A stretch of DNA of 64,000 nt, taken from the NCBI GenBank assembly GCA_951406725.2, contig OX597814.1, positions 38,564,001-38,628,000 on the forward strand. The letters run 5' to 3'. Positions 1 to 13,700 of this stretch are shown one piece after another. Each line of letters starts with the position of its first letter. The stretch's first letter is position 1. The translations under genes were made by a program, and so were the position numbers. This DNA is from Octopus vulgaris (lineage: Eukaryota). The notes under the pieces were generated by a model. The model was given only the letters and a program-made list of their open reading frames with translations. It was not told the DNA's origin and did no database searches.

Positions 1-1106
1 GTTATTTTACTATTTTACAAAATAGTAGAAAAACATGTCCAAACCTTAGACATTTTGTTGCTTTTTGTTGTCTCATAGTATACGTGTGACAGTATGTCAC
101 TGCAGTACATTATCATTGATTGTAGAATCATTCGTTTTCTAAATGTTATTAAAAACATTTTCGTCCATCGGTATCAGATATTGAATTGGTTTAATTAAAG
201 AATAAAACTGGCACAAAAGAATTCTTAACTCGCAAGATGATAAACAGACATAAAATCTAAAGTGTCTGGCAAGTCTAGTATCTTCAATAAATAATCTGCA
301 GCAGACTGATAAAATATTATCGATGTCATCTTTAAATAGGGTTAAGAATAAAGAGCATGGAAATCATTCCTTTAATTAAAAGTGTTGACCTTCGTTGATA
401 CAAGAGTGTATACGTGCTAGAGTTAGACATTAATGGATAATATGTACCGTATCGTCATTTATAAGTACAAACAGACACACACACATACACCCACCCACAC
501 ACAAACACAGGCACACATATGCTTCAGGATTAAATAATATTTCACGTATTGGCACAGATACATCAATAAATAATGGCTAAATGGGGAAAAAATCATTATA
601 TTTATAAGTACAGTATAATGATGGCTACATATATCTATCAATTTCTCTCTCTCTCTATCTCGCTCTCTCTCTCTCTCTGTCTATATGCATGTATGTATGT
701 ATGAATGTATGTATGCGTGCATATATATATGTGTATGCATAGCTATTTTCATCAGGTCTTTAATGTTCATCACGTCTTTAATGTTTAGAATCACAGAAAT
801 ACGAAGCTTAATGGTGTCACTGTACCGTAACTCCAATGCTGCTATACATTAACAACACTGCAAATAGAAAAGATTTCTGTTACTAAGAGCAGCACAAAAT
901 ATGAACATTTATATCACCAATCGCGTTAACTGATGACTCCTCTTCAAAATGGATGATTGTTGAATTAACTTGTTTTCGTTTCTTTATGCAGAATTTATTC
1001 ATACGTAAAATTATGATAAAAATGCAGTCATTATCCAATAGGGTTCACGTAGGATTTTCAAATAAGAAACGGAACAACGAGAATTCTACTTATTTCTTGC
1101 CTAGTA

Positions 1107-1485
1107 TGACCAGAAGAGAATTAGTGCATTCAAGCTTTGGTGTTGGAGAAGACTTTTACGGGATTCCATGGACAGCGATGCTCACCAATGGAGAAGTTCT
1201 TAAGCAGATCAGGCCGAAAATGTCGCTAGAAGCTAGGATCACTAAGCATAGATTGGCATATTTCGGTCATATGCGGAGAAAATCCCTGGAGAAGGACATC
1301 ATGCTCGGAATGATCAGTGGCAAGAGAAGAAGAGGCCGACCAAGAACCCGCAGGCTTGACACCATCAAGACTGACAAGGGAATGGACATAGCCAATCTGA
1401 AAGAAGCGGCCCAGGATAGAACTGACTGGAGGACACTGATCCAACGAGTGACGGAGAGTCGACTTCGACTGAGCAGAAAGATAGA
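1107..1485 (+). mobile_element. RTE/BovB-type LINE 3' fragment (5'-truncated, frameshifted)
   Basis: Translation across two frames gives ..WCWRRLL.IPWTA..TNGEVL..SLEARITKHRLAYFGH..SLEKDIMLGMISGKRRRGRPRTRRLD..LKEAAQDRTDWR, the typical RTE ORF C-terminus, followed by a short AGAT tail. Confidence 0.85.
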
Positions 1486-1787
1486 TATCACAGCACTCAA
1501 GGCTAGGCTTGGACAATTATTTCTTTGTATAAATCGGACCTAGATATATAGTCTGTTGAATACCGTAGGAGCTGCGGTATACCTCTTCACTACAATCATT
1601 CAGTTCCACATAATTTTCAAAGGCTAACTCAGTGCATATATGTGACACTACTTATTTCATGTATCTTAAAACACTGCTTGTGAGATCATTTATGTTTAAA
1701 ATCATCGATTCTACGAAAGAAGAAATTTGCCGTTTTCGCATATTTACTGTTTCAAATAGCGAGTACAGAATTACTCATGAAAAGTCT

Positions 1788-1798
1788 GTTGTTGTTGT

Positions 1799-1830
<32 letters not shown>

Positions 1831-1868
1831 TTGATGTTGCTGTTGTAGTTGTTGTTGTTGTTGTTGTT
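1788..1868 (+). repeat. (GTT/GCT)n trinucleotide microsatellite
   Basis: Direct reading. Confidence 0.9.
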
Positions 1869-3811
1869 GGAAGTGGGGCTGCTTCGACTGTTAGAGAGTT
1901 GGGTGGTTTGTTCATGGCATTATTAGCAACCAGAATGTGATGTTTAGGAGACTCGGAAACATAACTTGAGGGTTTTGTAATTTTATCCCAACACGTATAA
2001 ATAGAAAATCACCAGCCTATTTGAAAGAACTTGAGTACCCGTTTTCATCTCTTATATGCATCACACGAATTCACATTTTCATAATCGAATCAAGTTACAT
2101 AATTCATACCCACAAACTATTTAGTAAAAAAAGGCACAAACGTGCCTTATGATTTGCTTTATACACTCTATTTCAAGACTCAACTTCCTTTTATAAGGAT
2201 TCTGAGGATATGCCTTTTAAATTGATAATCAACTCCATTAGCATATTATTTAGTCTCAGTATTTTGGTGACATTAAACTCGTGGCTAAATTGTCTTTGCA
2301 AACTGACGATAAGACACGTATAACTCCGTTATATATACCGCAAGTTACATCAAACATCCCATTAACAATCCAATAAATCCCAGGGTTAGTTAAATTTCAT
2401 AGGATATCTGTAAGTTATTGGGGGCCGTAATGGCTGTTGAATACATCAATCATTAATTAAGAGACGCTGCTGGGTTAGAGAATGTTAAATTGAAGGTACC
2501 AACTGCCTTGTTTTGTTAGAAAATTAGCTCGTACCACAACTATTTCTACCACAAGAACGGTGAAACGAAAGACAATTCTCTATCTTTTGCTTGTAGAGTC
2601 TCTTAGTTAAAAAGCAAATATCAATAGGGTTATATTTCAGTAATACAATCTGTTTAGAAACAGGAAATGTTAGACTCATTATGTGTTCGTCCAAACAGAT
2701 TGAATAGAATAAGAGTGTTACGAGGAACCTATGTTATTAACTCATAAATAAAGCATAACATTTGGAATATATTATACTGTATTAGTTGCCAACTTGGGTT
2801 GTGTGTAAAACGCCTTGAAATTTGCTTCACAAATTTTGAAGCCTCAGCAAAATATGCAGTGACTAACGAAACAACTATGCAATAAAGTAACCGACATCTG
2901 TATTTAAAAAATATAGACTGGTCAAGCAGGATGTTTCAGTCAGTAATCTAGGGGTAATATCATACCAACACATACCTACGATTCAACACTAAAAATTTAT
3001 TAACATTCGCTTGTATATCAGTGAAGCAACGCTGACTGACACTTAAGCCTAGGCATCACCAGTACGCAATTTTTCAGTCTCCAAAACGAAAGAAAAAGAA
3101 ACAGGCATAAGAGTTAGATCCGTGACAGGATTTAACAGCAGGTATATATAATTGATAAACGACTCGCCCACAATTCCTGGGTGCAGTGCAAATGAAGTAC
3201 AACTATATGTTCTTCTTTTCGCCGTTAGTATAAAAATATATTAGATAAATATGAATTTAATAAACACATATTAACGAAACCATGGTAACAGTTTTAATTC
3301 CATACGCACGTTCTCCAGCCTGAAGTTAAATAATAAAGCAAATCCACGGTTTGATCTGACTTGTTAATCGTGTACTGTATAGCCAGTTAAACTTTAAACT
3401 AATCTGTAGGAAAACACTCTGTATCTGAACAGTTTGAGGTGAGAATATTAACGTTATCAGTGGCTTTAATGTAACTCAAAACTAATCGATAGTCCACTAT
3501 AATTGCTGCGTGTGAAACAAGTGTTTCATAATCGGGGTCATTATTTCTTAGCGAGGCTAAAAATATTATTATAAATCAGAATATTGTTCATATGTTTAAA
3601 GCAAAGGGAGCAATAAAAAACACATGCACGCAGCTACACAACATCGTTTATATATATATATATATATACGACAGTAAAAATGAACACTGGGATTAGTATA
3701 TCTGGAAGTGATTTTAAATATTTTTACGGTACCAGCCTCTGTATATTTATCCCTATACATGCTCTGCCTCTCTCTTTCTCTCTCTCTTTCTCTCTCTCTA
3801 TCTCTCTCTCT

Positions 3812-4841
<1,030 letters not shown>

Positions 4842-4843
4842 GT

Positions 4844-5149
4844 ACGAGGCAGATGGACAAACCATCAACACAAAGAAAAGGGATGGACCACGCACCACCT
4901 GCCCCAAAGCGGAGATACGCAGATGTTGTGCGCGCCACAAACAGCCAACATGATGTTGTCGAAAGAGCAGCTGCTGAGCAACAATCTTTTTTGTGCATGG
5001 CACAAAAGATTGTACAGCAGCTGACCTGGCTTCATCAAACCCAAGCCCGCAGGTGGTACTACCCACTATATACCAGACCACCACAGCAAACAGACACAGG
5101 ATGGACACCGCCGGCAACAACGTACACCTCACCTCGATACTCCTACTGA
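4844..5149 (+). pseudogene. ORF1 C-terminal remnant of LINE A
   Basis: Open frame (..EQQSFLCMAQKIVQQL..) overlapping the ORF2 start; resembles the -1-frame extension of LINE B ORF1 (..FLAMLNMAKEIHKNI..). Confidence 0.6.
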
Positions 5150-8097
5150 ACATCAGAGGACTGCAAACACTCAGTAACAGGACAAAGACCCCGTTCCTGA
5201 GAGACTTTGTTGCATGCAATCAAGCCTTATGCATAGCACTTACAGAAACGCACCTGAAACCGGACATAGCAGATGCGGAGTTACACATACCACAGTATGC
5301 TGTACTACGGACCGACAGGAAAGAAAGGAGTCATGGAGGTGTTGCTATGTACATCCGTGAGGACCTCACACCCCAGGTCCTCTTGTCATACTCAAACTCG
5401 GTGTGTGACACACTAATTGTACATATTAGGCAACTTGATGTAGTTGTGTGTGCTACATATCGCCCTCCAGATGCCCCAAGCCATGTGGGCAAGTTCGAAG
5501 ACTGCCTTATAAAAATAGAAGAAATTCTAACCACATTAGAACAACACATAGGTGTGCTTCTTATGGGAGACTTCAATCTGCCCAATGTCAGATGGCCCGA
5601 GGGCCTTTCTCTCCCAGGAATGACAAGATGTGAACGAGGACAGGCGAGGTCCCTCCTGAACCTCATCAACACCCTGTACATGGAGCAGGTAATACTCCAA
5701 CCAACCAGGGCAGGTAACACACTGGATCTCTGCTTCACAAATGACATGGATCTCATCCATAATGTGAAAGTGACACCGACACTACTCTCGGATCACAACA
5801 TGATAGAGCTGACCATGTACGGGCCAAAAGAGAGCACGGACATGCAGCCTACAAGAAACCCTCAAAATCTTTCCAGCTTGAACTACCATAAGGCAAACTG
5901 GAAACAAATTGAGAAAGAGATCCTCAAACAAAACTGGCCTGAATGTCTCTCCTCGCCAGACATCGACGTGAAACTTCAACAATTCATGTCTGTAATGCAA
6001 GCCATATGCTACAAATGTGTCCCAGAGAGAAAGGCCACTGTACACAAGAACAAAATCCCCAGAGAGAGGAAAATTTTAATGAGACGGCGTACGAAATTTT
6101 CAAATCGCCTAAACAAACAGATTGAAAGCAGTGAAAAGTCCCGCCTAAAAATAAAACTGTTGGAAATCGAAAAATGTCTGCAACTCTCCCATGAAAAAGA
6201 AAGAGCAGACAAAGAAGCCTGGGCTATAGAAAACATAAAATCTAACCCCAGAGCTTTCTACAGGTATGCCAAAGAAACAGCTACAGTGCACTGTAGAATA
6301 GGGCCACTCCTTGAAAAGGATGGCACACTTACAGGAAAACCAATGAGGGTAAGTGAAATACTGAATGGGCAATTCAAGAGTGTTTTCACTCCACCCCTTG
6401 GGCATCTCCAAATCACCAATCCAACTGACTTTTTTACCACTGCAGATATAAAATCAGAGGCGGCGACGATAGATTACATCGATATAAAGGAAGACGATGT
6501 AACCAAGGCTATAGATGAAATGAAAACAGACTCAGCTACTGGCCCCGATGGATTCCCGGCAATCCTCCTAAAAGCATGTGAGAGAGTCCTAGCAAGACCA
6601 CTGCAGTTCCTCTTTCAGAGCTTCCTTGCAGCTGGCAAACTTCCAGGAAAACTGAAGGAAGGTAAAATATGCCCCATTCATAAAGGAGGTAGCAGAGCGG
6701 AAGCCAAGAACTATAGACCTATCTCTCTGACCTCACACATCAGCAAGGTCATGGAACGAATAGTCAGAAGGAAGCTGATCACCTTCCTTGAAGAGAATGA
6801 CTTGCTGCCCGACACCCAACATGGTTTCCGACCAGGGAGAAGCTGTTTAACTCAGCTCCTACAACACTATGACTGGGTGCTGAAACGGCTGCTCAACCAC
6901 TCAAATGTGGAAGTGATATATCTCGACTTTGCAAAGGCCTTTGATAAAGTCGATCATGGAATGATATGTCACAAACTGCGTGATCTCAACATAGTTGGAA
7001 AACTGGGAGAATGGCTTCATGACTTTCTGAAGGATAGAAGTCAGGTGGTAGTAGCCAATGGGGCCACCTCCATTAACACACAAATAGTGAGCGGTGTTCC
7101 ACAGGGCACTGTTCTGGGACCACTACTGTTCATAATGGCCCTCTCAGACATGCCCTCAGCCACGCAGAGAGCCACGATCACAAGTTATGCAGATGATACA
7201 AAAGTCTCACAGGCAATACAGAACCCTGAGGACACTAAACACCTGCAATGTGAGCTGGACGAAATATACAAGTGGGCTGAAAAGAATAGCATGCAGTTCA
7301 ATGCTGGAAAGTTTCAAGCTTTATACTATCAGCATGCAAAACTGAATGCAATACCCAATGAATACACTGGACCCGGAGGGATTGCAATCCCAGAGGCACA
7401 ATCAGTGCGTGACCTGGGTATTCACATGAGAGATGACGCGACCTTTCATGTACATGTTGCTAAACTGACAATGAAATGTAGACGGCTGGCTGGATGGATT
7501 CTTAGAACCTTTAGAACAAGAGAACAAGAAACCATGATGGTCCTCTGGAAGACACTTGTCCTAAGCCACTTTGACTATTGCTCTCAGCTATGGTCACCAT
7601 CCAGTGTCAAGTTGATCACAGAACTTGAGGCGATCCAACGAAGCTACACAAAGAAGATAGCCTCTATGCAGAATGTAAGCTACTGGGAAAGACTCAAGAG
7701 ATTAAAATTATATTCCCTGGAGCGTAGGCGGGAAAGATATGCCATAATATACATCTGGAAGATCCTGGAGGGAAGTGTCCTGAACTTTGGCATCGAGAGT
7801 TACGCAAATGCCAGAACTGGGCGCCACTGCGTGGTGCCTAGGACACCAAACCTGCCATCAAGATGTAGGACAAGATTCTGTGATAGCCTGGGCTTCCGAG
7901 GCCCACATCTCTTCAATATCCTCCCGAAGAACCTGAGAGACCTGCATGGGGTGGATACAGATGTCTTTAAAATGAAGCTGGATCTCTTCCTGTCAGGTGT
8001 CCCAGATGAACCAACTTCACGGCAGGAGGGGCAGATGAGGGCAGCTGCATCGAACTCTCTCATGCACCAAATAGCAGTTGCTAGAAAGCATTCGTGA
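4993..8097 (+). CDS. ORF2: APE endonuclease + reverse transcriptase (frame open from 4978; first ATG 5101)
   Basis: EN motifs NIRGL, TETHL, YRPP, GDFN, LDL, SDH; RT motifs [36 protein letters not shown]; C-terminal [10 protein letters not shown]. Confidence 0.95.
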   Translation: MHGTKDCTAADLASSNPSPQVVLPTIYQTTTANRHRMDTAGNNVHLTSILLLNIRGLQTLSNRTKTPFLRDFVACNQALCIALTETHLKPDIADAELHIPQYAVLRTDRKERSHGGVAMYIREDLTPQVLLSYSNSVCDTLIVHIRQLDVVVCATYRPPDAPSHVGKFEDCLIKIEEILTTLEQHIGVLLMGDFNLPNVRWPEGLSLPGMTRCERGQARSLLNLINTLYMEQVILQPTRAGNTLDLCFTNDMDLIHNVKVTPTLLSDHNMIELTMYGPKESTDMQPTRNPQNLSSLNYHKANWKQIEKEILKQNWPECLSSPDIDVKLQQFMSVMQAICYKCVPERKATVHKNKIPRERKILMRRRTKFSNRLNKQIESSEKSRLKIKLLEIEKCLQLSHEKERADKEAWAIENIKSNPRAFYRYAKETATVHCRIGPLLEKDGTLTGKPMRVSEILNGQFKSVFTPPLGHLQITNPTDFFTTADIKSEAATIDYIDIKEDDVTKAIDEMKTDSATGPDGFPAILLKACERVLARPLQFLFQSFLAAGKLPGKLKEGKICPIHKGGSRAEAKNYRPISLTSHISKVMERIVRRKLITFLEENDLLPDTQHGFRPGRSCLTQLLQHYDWVLKRLLNHSNVEVIYLDFAKAFDKVDHGMICHKLRDLNIVGKLGEWLHDFLKDRSQVVVANGATSINTQIVSGVPQGTVLGPLLFIMALSDMPSATQRATITSYADDTKVSQAIQNPEDTKHLQCELDEIYKWAEKNSMQFNAGKFQALYYQHAKLNAIPNEYTGPGGIAIPEAQSVRDLGIHMRDDATFHVHVAKLTMKCRRLAGWILRTFRTREQETMMVLWKTLVLSHFDYCSQLWSPSSVKLITELEAIQRSYTKKIASMQNVSYWERLKRLKLYSLERRRERYAIIYIWKILEGSVLNFGIESYANARTGRHCVVPRTPNLPSRCRTRFCDSLGFRGPHLFNILPKNLRDLHGVDTDVFKMKLDLFLSGVPDEPTSRQEGQMRAAASNSLMHQIAVARKHS

Positions 8098-8186
8098 AGT
8101 AAAACCATGTAGCAACACCAAATGGCGGTGCCCCAGCATGGCCACAGCTCATAAGCTGAAACTAGAATCAATCAATCAATCAATCA

Positions 8187-9341
<1,155 letters not shown>

Positions 9342-9662
9342 GATTAACTGTTGAACTGGACGGACGTCTATTTGTTTCTCTCCCGAGTCAGTAGCAAGCT
9401 ACACAGCTTCAAAACTAACTGACCTTAAATATATATATATTTGTAACCACGTGTTTGCCTACAAACCCGTAAGTACGTTTTCATTTAACTACAAATTGTT
9501 ATATACACCTGTTTTTCTTTTAATATCCTCAAACAACCAAATAATCAAAAACTCACACCCTTAAGAGAGAACATTTATATATATATACACTTCTTTAACT
9601 CCCAAGAAAGAATATATATATTTTCAAAAATCAAAAGGAAAACAAACAAAAGAAAAACAAAC

Positions 9663-10784
9663 ATGACTAACTTGCAGGCCTGCAACAGACGAAATTGGTC
9701 TGATAACGAAATTGATGTTTTAATAAACACATGGCTCTCTCTTTCCCAAACAGAAAATCTAAATGTCTTGTGTTTGAATGAGATTGCCGAAAAAACATCA
9801 CAAGTGGTCAACACACGATCCGTCAAACAGATTCGTAGCAAGTTGAAACATATCGAAGTATCTTTCAAACTGATAAGAGGCCATTATGAAAAGCTTCTAC
9901 ATATTTTCACAGTTCAAGAACAACAACAGCTAGAAAATCAGCAGCCACAACAACAACAACAACAGAATGAGCCACTCCTGGTTCCCAACACAATGGCTGA
10001 CCCTGACATCGGTCAGGCACAACAACAACAACAACAGCCACAGCAACAAGAACAACAACAGCCACTCCTCAACTCTAGCTTACTAGACGATTCACTAAAT
10101 GCCAGTATCTTTTCACCGCTCTCACAGCAACCACCACAATTATCATCATCATCATCACCACCGCTGCCACCATCGTCTTCTATCACCAAAAATACCAACA
10201 GAAAACCAAATAAGAAACCACTGCCCTCTTCCCCCACATCACCACCTCAATACTACTGCAGTAACAAAAACTTAAAGAAACATAGGAAGCAGAATGCGCC
10301 CCCCACGGCACAAACAAGAAATCCCCAAATATGCCGCTATTCACTGCGCCAGAGACTCTGCACAAATAGTGACTGCATCTTCACGCATCTACCCGGCACT
10401 AGACGCACTACTGGCCAAGGCCAAAGCACGCATCCCACAATAACATCAACACCACCAAATAGTAAATCGAAATTCAAAACACACACAACTCGGAGTCCCA
10501 AAATCTGCCGGTATTCCCAACGTGAGAGAACATGTCTACTGAGTGACTGTCCCTTCACTCATCTTCCAGGGACCCGACGCACAAACAGAAACGGGGCCTC
10601 AAGCCAACACACAAACCTGAATAACAATAAAAATAGAAACACACCATGCTGCAGTAATGCTGGTCCAGTCTTTTCAGGAAGACACAAAAACAACAACAAC
10701 AAAAGTGGAAACTACAACCCTATCCAACAGTGCAACCACACCTCCAGCCAAAAACTGCTCCCTAAGCAGGAAAATTTTTTTTAG
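9663..10784 (+). CDS. LINE B ORF1: Myb/SANT-like N-terminus, Q/S/P-rich linker, two CCCH-type zinc fingers
   Basis: NWSDNEIDVLINTW..EIAEK..RSVKQIRSKLKHI; two C-x8-C-x4-C-x3-H-LPGTRR repeats starting near 10332 and 10506. Confidence 0.8.
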   Translation: MTNLQACNRRNWSDNEIDVLINTWLSLSQTENLNVLCLNEIAEKTSQVVNTRSVKQIRSKLKHIEVSFKLIRGHYEKLLHIFTVQEQQQLENQQPQQQQQQNEPLLVPNTMADPDIGQAQQQQQQPQQQEQQQPLLNSSLLDDSLNASIFSPLSQQPPQLSSSSSPPLPPSSSITKNTNRKPNKKPLPSSPTSPPQYYCSNKNLKKHRKQNAPPTAQTRNPQICRYSLRQRLCTNSDCIFTHLPGTRRTTGQGQSTHPTITSTPPNSKSKFKTHTTRSPKICRYSQRERTCLLSDCPFTHLPGTRRTNRNGASSQHTNLNNNKNRNTPCCSNAGPVFSGRHKNNNNKSGNYNPIQQCNHTSSQKLLPKQENFF

Positions 10785-13700
10785 CCATGTTGAACATGGC
10801 AAAAGAGATACACAAAAACATTCTAGCCATCACTCAACACCATCCTATGCTATTACCCCAGTGCACCAATTCCCCACATTGCTGCCACTAACACACACAA
10901 AAAATCCAAGCCCCCTGCAACAGTCAAAACCAGCCACTACACTAACCTCCACATTCCTACTCAATGCACAAGGTGTCAGCCCTTCCATCAATGCACAAAA
11001 ATGGAAGGTCCAATTCATTGAAGACTGGGTTGGTAACCATTCACACCACATCCCTTTCTTCATTCTCACTGAGACCCACCTTGACAACTCCCACTTGGAA
11101 GCCGAAGTGAGAGTGAAGAATTTCACAACCATCCGCGCGGATCGTATCGGCAGGAGGAAGGGTGGAACTGCCATTTTCCTGCATGATTCATTTACGGCAG
11201 ATGGAAATAGTATATTCTCCAACGGCTACTGTGAATCAGTCACCGTGCACAACAAAGCCAATGATCTGACAGTAATTGGGCTCTATAGGCCGCCCCAAAC
11301 ACCCATACTGTGCTTTAAAGAATGCCTCAACAGCATTAAGTGCTTTATTCAACAGTGCCATTCTAGCAACATACTCATGATGGGAGACTTCAATCTACCC
11401 TGTGTTGACTGGACTACAAACTGTTTGAAACCAAGCACTCCCGCCTCAACCGCTGACAAAGAAGCAGCAGAGTCACTTTTCGACTTTACGAATGAGTTTT
11501 TCTTGTCCCAACTTGTCCTTGCACCAACAAGACATCAGAACATTTTGGACCTAGTGTTTAGTAACCACACTAACACTATACATAACGTTACAGTGGAAAA
11601 AACCCTTCTTTCAGACCATGACATGGTTCTCTGTAACATGAAATTCCACCAGCCGAAAGCTAATCCTAGTGACCTTCCTCCAGCCCACCCATTTGACAAC
11701 ATGGATCTCCATAAAGCCAACTGGGATGCAATCAGGAACGAGCTATCAAATGTTGACTGGTCCTTTACACATACACACATCTCCACCAACCATAAAACAT
11801 CTTGGCAGATCTTTGTAGACACCGTCACAGACATATGTGCAAAACACTCCCCACCAAGACCTGTGAACAAAAAGTGCAGAATCCCCCAAAACAGAAAAAC
11901 CATTATCAGAAAAATAAAAAGAACAAACAAAAAAATTAACAAACTAAAGTACTGCCAACAGCAACACACACATTCGACGGCTATCGCACTGCTTGAATCC
12001 AAAAAATATAACCTCCAACAATGCATGAAGTCCCTCATCAATAACCAAAGATCAGCTGAGGAGAAGTGGGCCATTGAAAAAATCAAACTCAACCCCAAAG
12101 TGTTCTTTTCATTTGCGAGGAAACGCAGGGTCACTGTCTCCACTGTAGGCCCTCTAATTGACGAAACTGGCACTCTCCAAGATAATGCCAAATCCATGGC
12201 CGAGATACTGCAGAAACAATACTGCTCTGTTTTCAGCAATCCTGATATGGCCGATCTGGGCTGTATCAGTGATGTCAACCCCCAACACACTATATCGGAC
12301 ATAACGTTTAGTGCCCCTGATGTCTTAGCGGCGATAAACGAAATAAAACACAATTCAGCAGTAGGCCCCGATAGGTTCCCTGCTTGTGTCCTGAAGGTGT
12401 GTCGACACCAACTTGCATCTCCCCTTGCTAATCTGTGGAGAAACTCACTGGATGCTGGCTATATTCCAAAAAACCTTCTGTCCCAGTCTGTTGTCCCAGT
12501 TTTCAAAAAGGGAAACAAGTCCCTTGCAGTGAATTACCGTCCGATCTCACTCACCTCTCATATCATCAAGGTATTTGAGAGGGTGGTGAGATCTCAAATA
12601 ACCCAATTTCTGGAAAGCAACAGACGGCTGATCTCCAACCAACATGGGTTCCGTAATGGAAGGGACTGCCTAACGCAGCTCCTGCATCACTTTGAGGACA
12701 TTTTGAGAGCTTTGGGAGAGGGCTCCAACACCGATGTCATCTACCTTGATTTCAGTAAGGCCTTCGACAGGGTCGATCACAAGATCCTATTGAAAAAACT
12801 ATCCAACATTGGTGTCTCTGGAAAGTTACTGAAATGGATTAAGTGTTTCCTGACAGACAGATCTCAACATGTTGTAGTTGAAGGGGTAAAATCAAGCCCA
12901 GCCAAAGTCAGTAGTGGCGTTCCGCAAGGCACTGTGCTGGGCCCACTTCTTTTCATCATTTACATTAATGACATTAATGACATCATCAAGCACAGCAACA
13001 TAAAAATCTTTGCAGATGACTCCAAGCTACAGAAGGTCATAAATGAGGCGAGTGACCGGACATGCCTTCAGTCAGATCTACTGGCTGTTATCCAATGGGC
13101 AGAAAAAAACAATATGCTGCTGAACGAGGATAAATTTGAGCTAATCCACTTTGGAAAAGAGGATGCCCTGAAACTCCCATACTCCCTTCCTTCAGGTGAA
13201 ACTCTCGCGGCGTCCAACAACATCAGAGACTTGGGAGTAATTGTGGACAACAACGTAAGCTGGGCCACTCATATAAACACCAAAGTTGACATGGCCCGCA
13301 GAATGTGTTCCTGGATTCTCAGAACTTTCCAGTCGAGAGATATCCACACCATTATCCTTCTCTTCTCCACTTTTGCCCGACCCCACCTTGAATACTGTTG
13401 TCCACTGTGGTCTCCCCACACAATACAAGGTATCATAAAAGTCGAAGCACCTCAAAGGGCAATCACAAAAAAGATAGATGGCATGACAGGCCTCGACTAT
13501 TGGGGTCGACTAGAAAAGCTAAAACTCTATTCTCTCCAACGTCGTCGTGAGCGCTACATCATCTGCATGATGTGGAAAATATTCCATCAGCATTGCCCAA
13601 ATGATGTTGGCATCACCTTTAAGGTACATCCAAGGCTTGGGCCCCGTGCCATCCGCCCAAAACAAAAATCGCACTCTCATCTCATAACAACAATACGGCA

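Larger units (their letters stand above)
4842..8186 (+). mobile_element. LINE family A (APE-RT non-LTR retrotransposon, tentatively Proto2- or CR1/L2-like), 5'-truncated within ORF1, inserted in (TA)n
   Basis: ORF1 C-terminal remnant, intact 1034-aa EN-RT frame, structured 3' UTR (8124-8162) and (AATC)5 tail 8166-8186; TA repeats on both sides. Confidence 0.93.

Noticed and set aside
953-1543. 196-aa ORF as a host gene
   Set aside because: Chance fusion of flanking DNA to an RTE ORF fragment.
11535-12353. 272-aa antisense ORF and other antisense ORFs inside the LINEs
   Set aside because: Explained by codon bias of the sense ORF2; no domain features.
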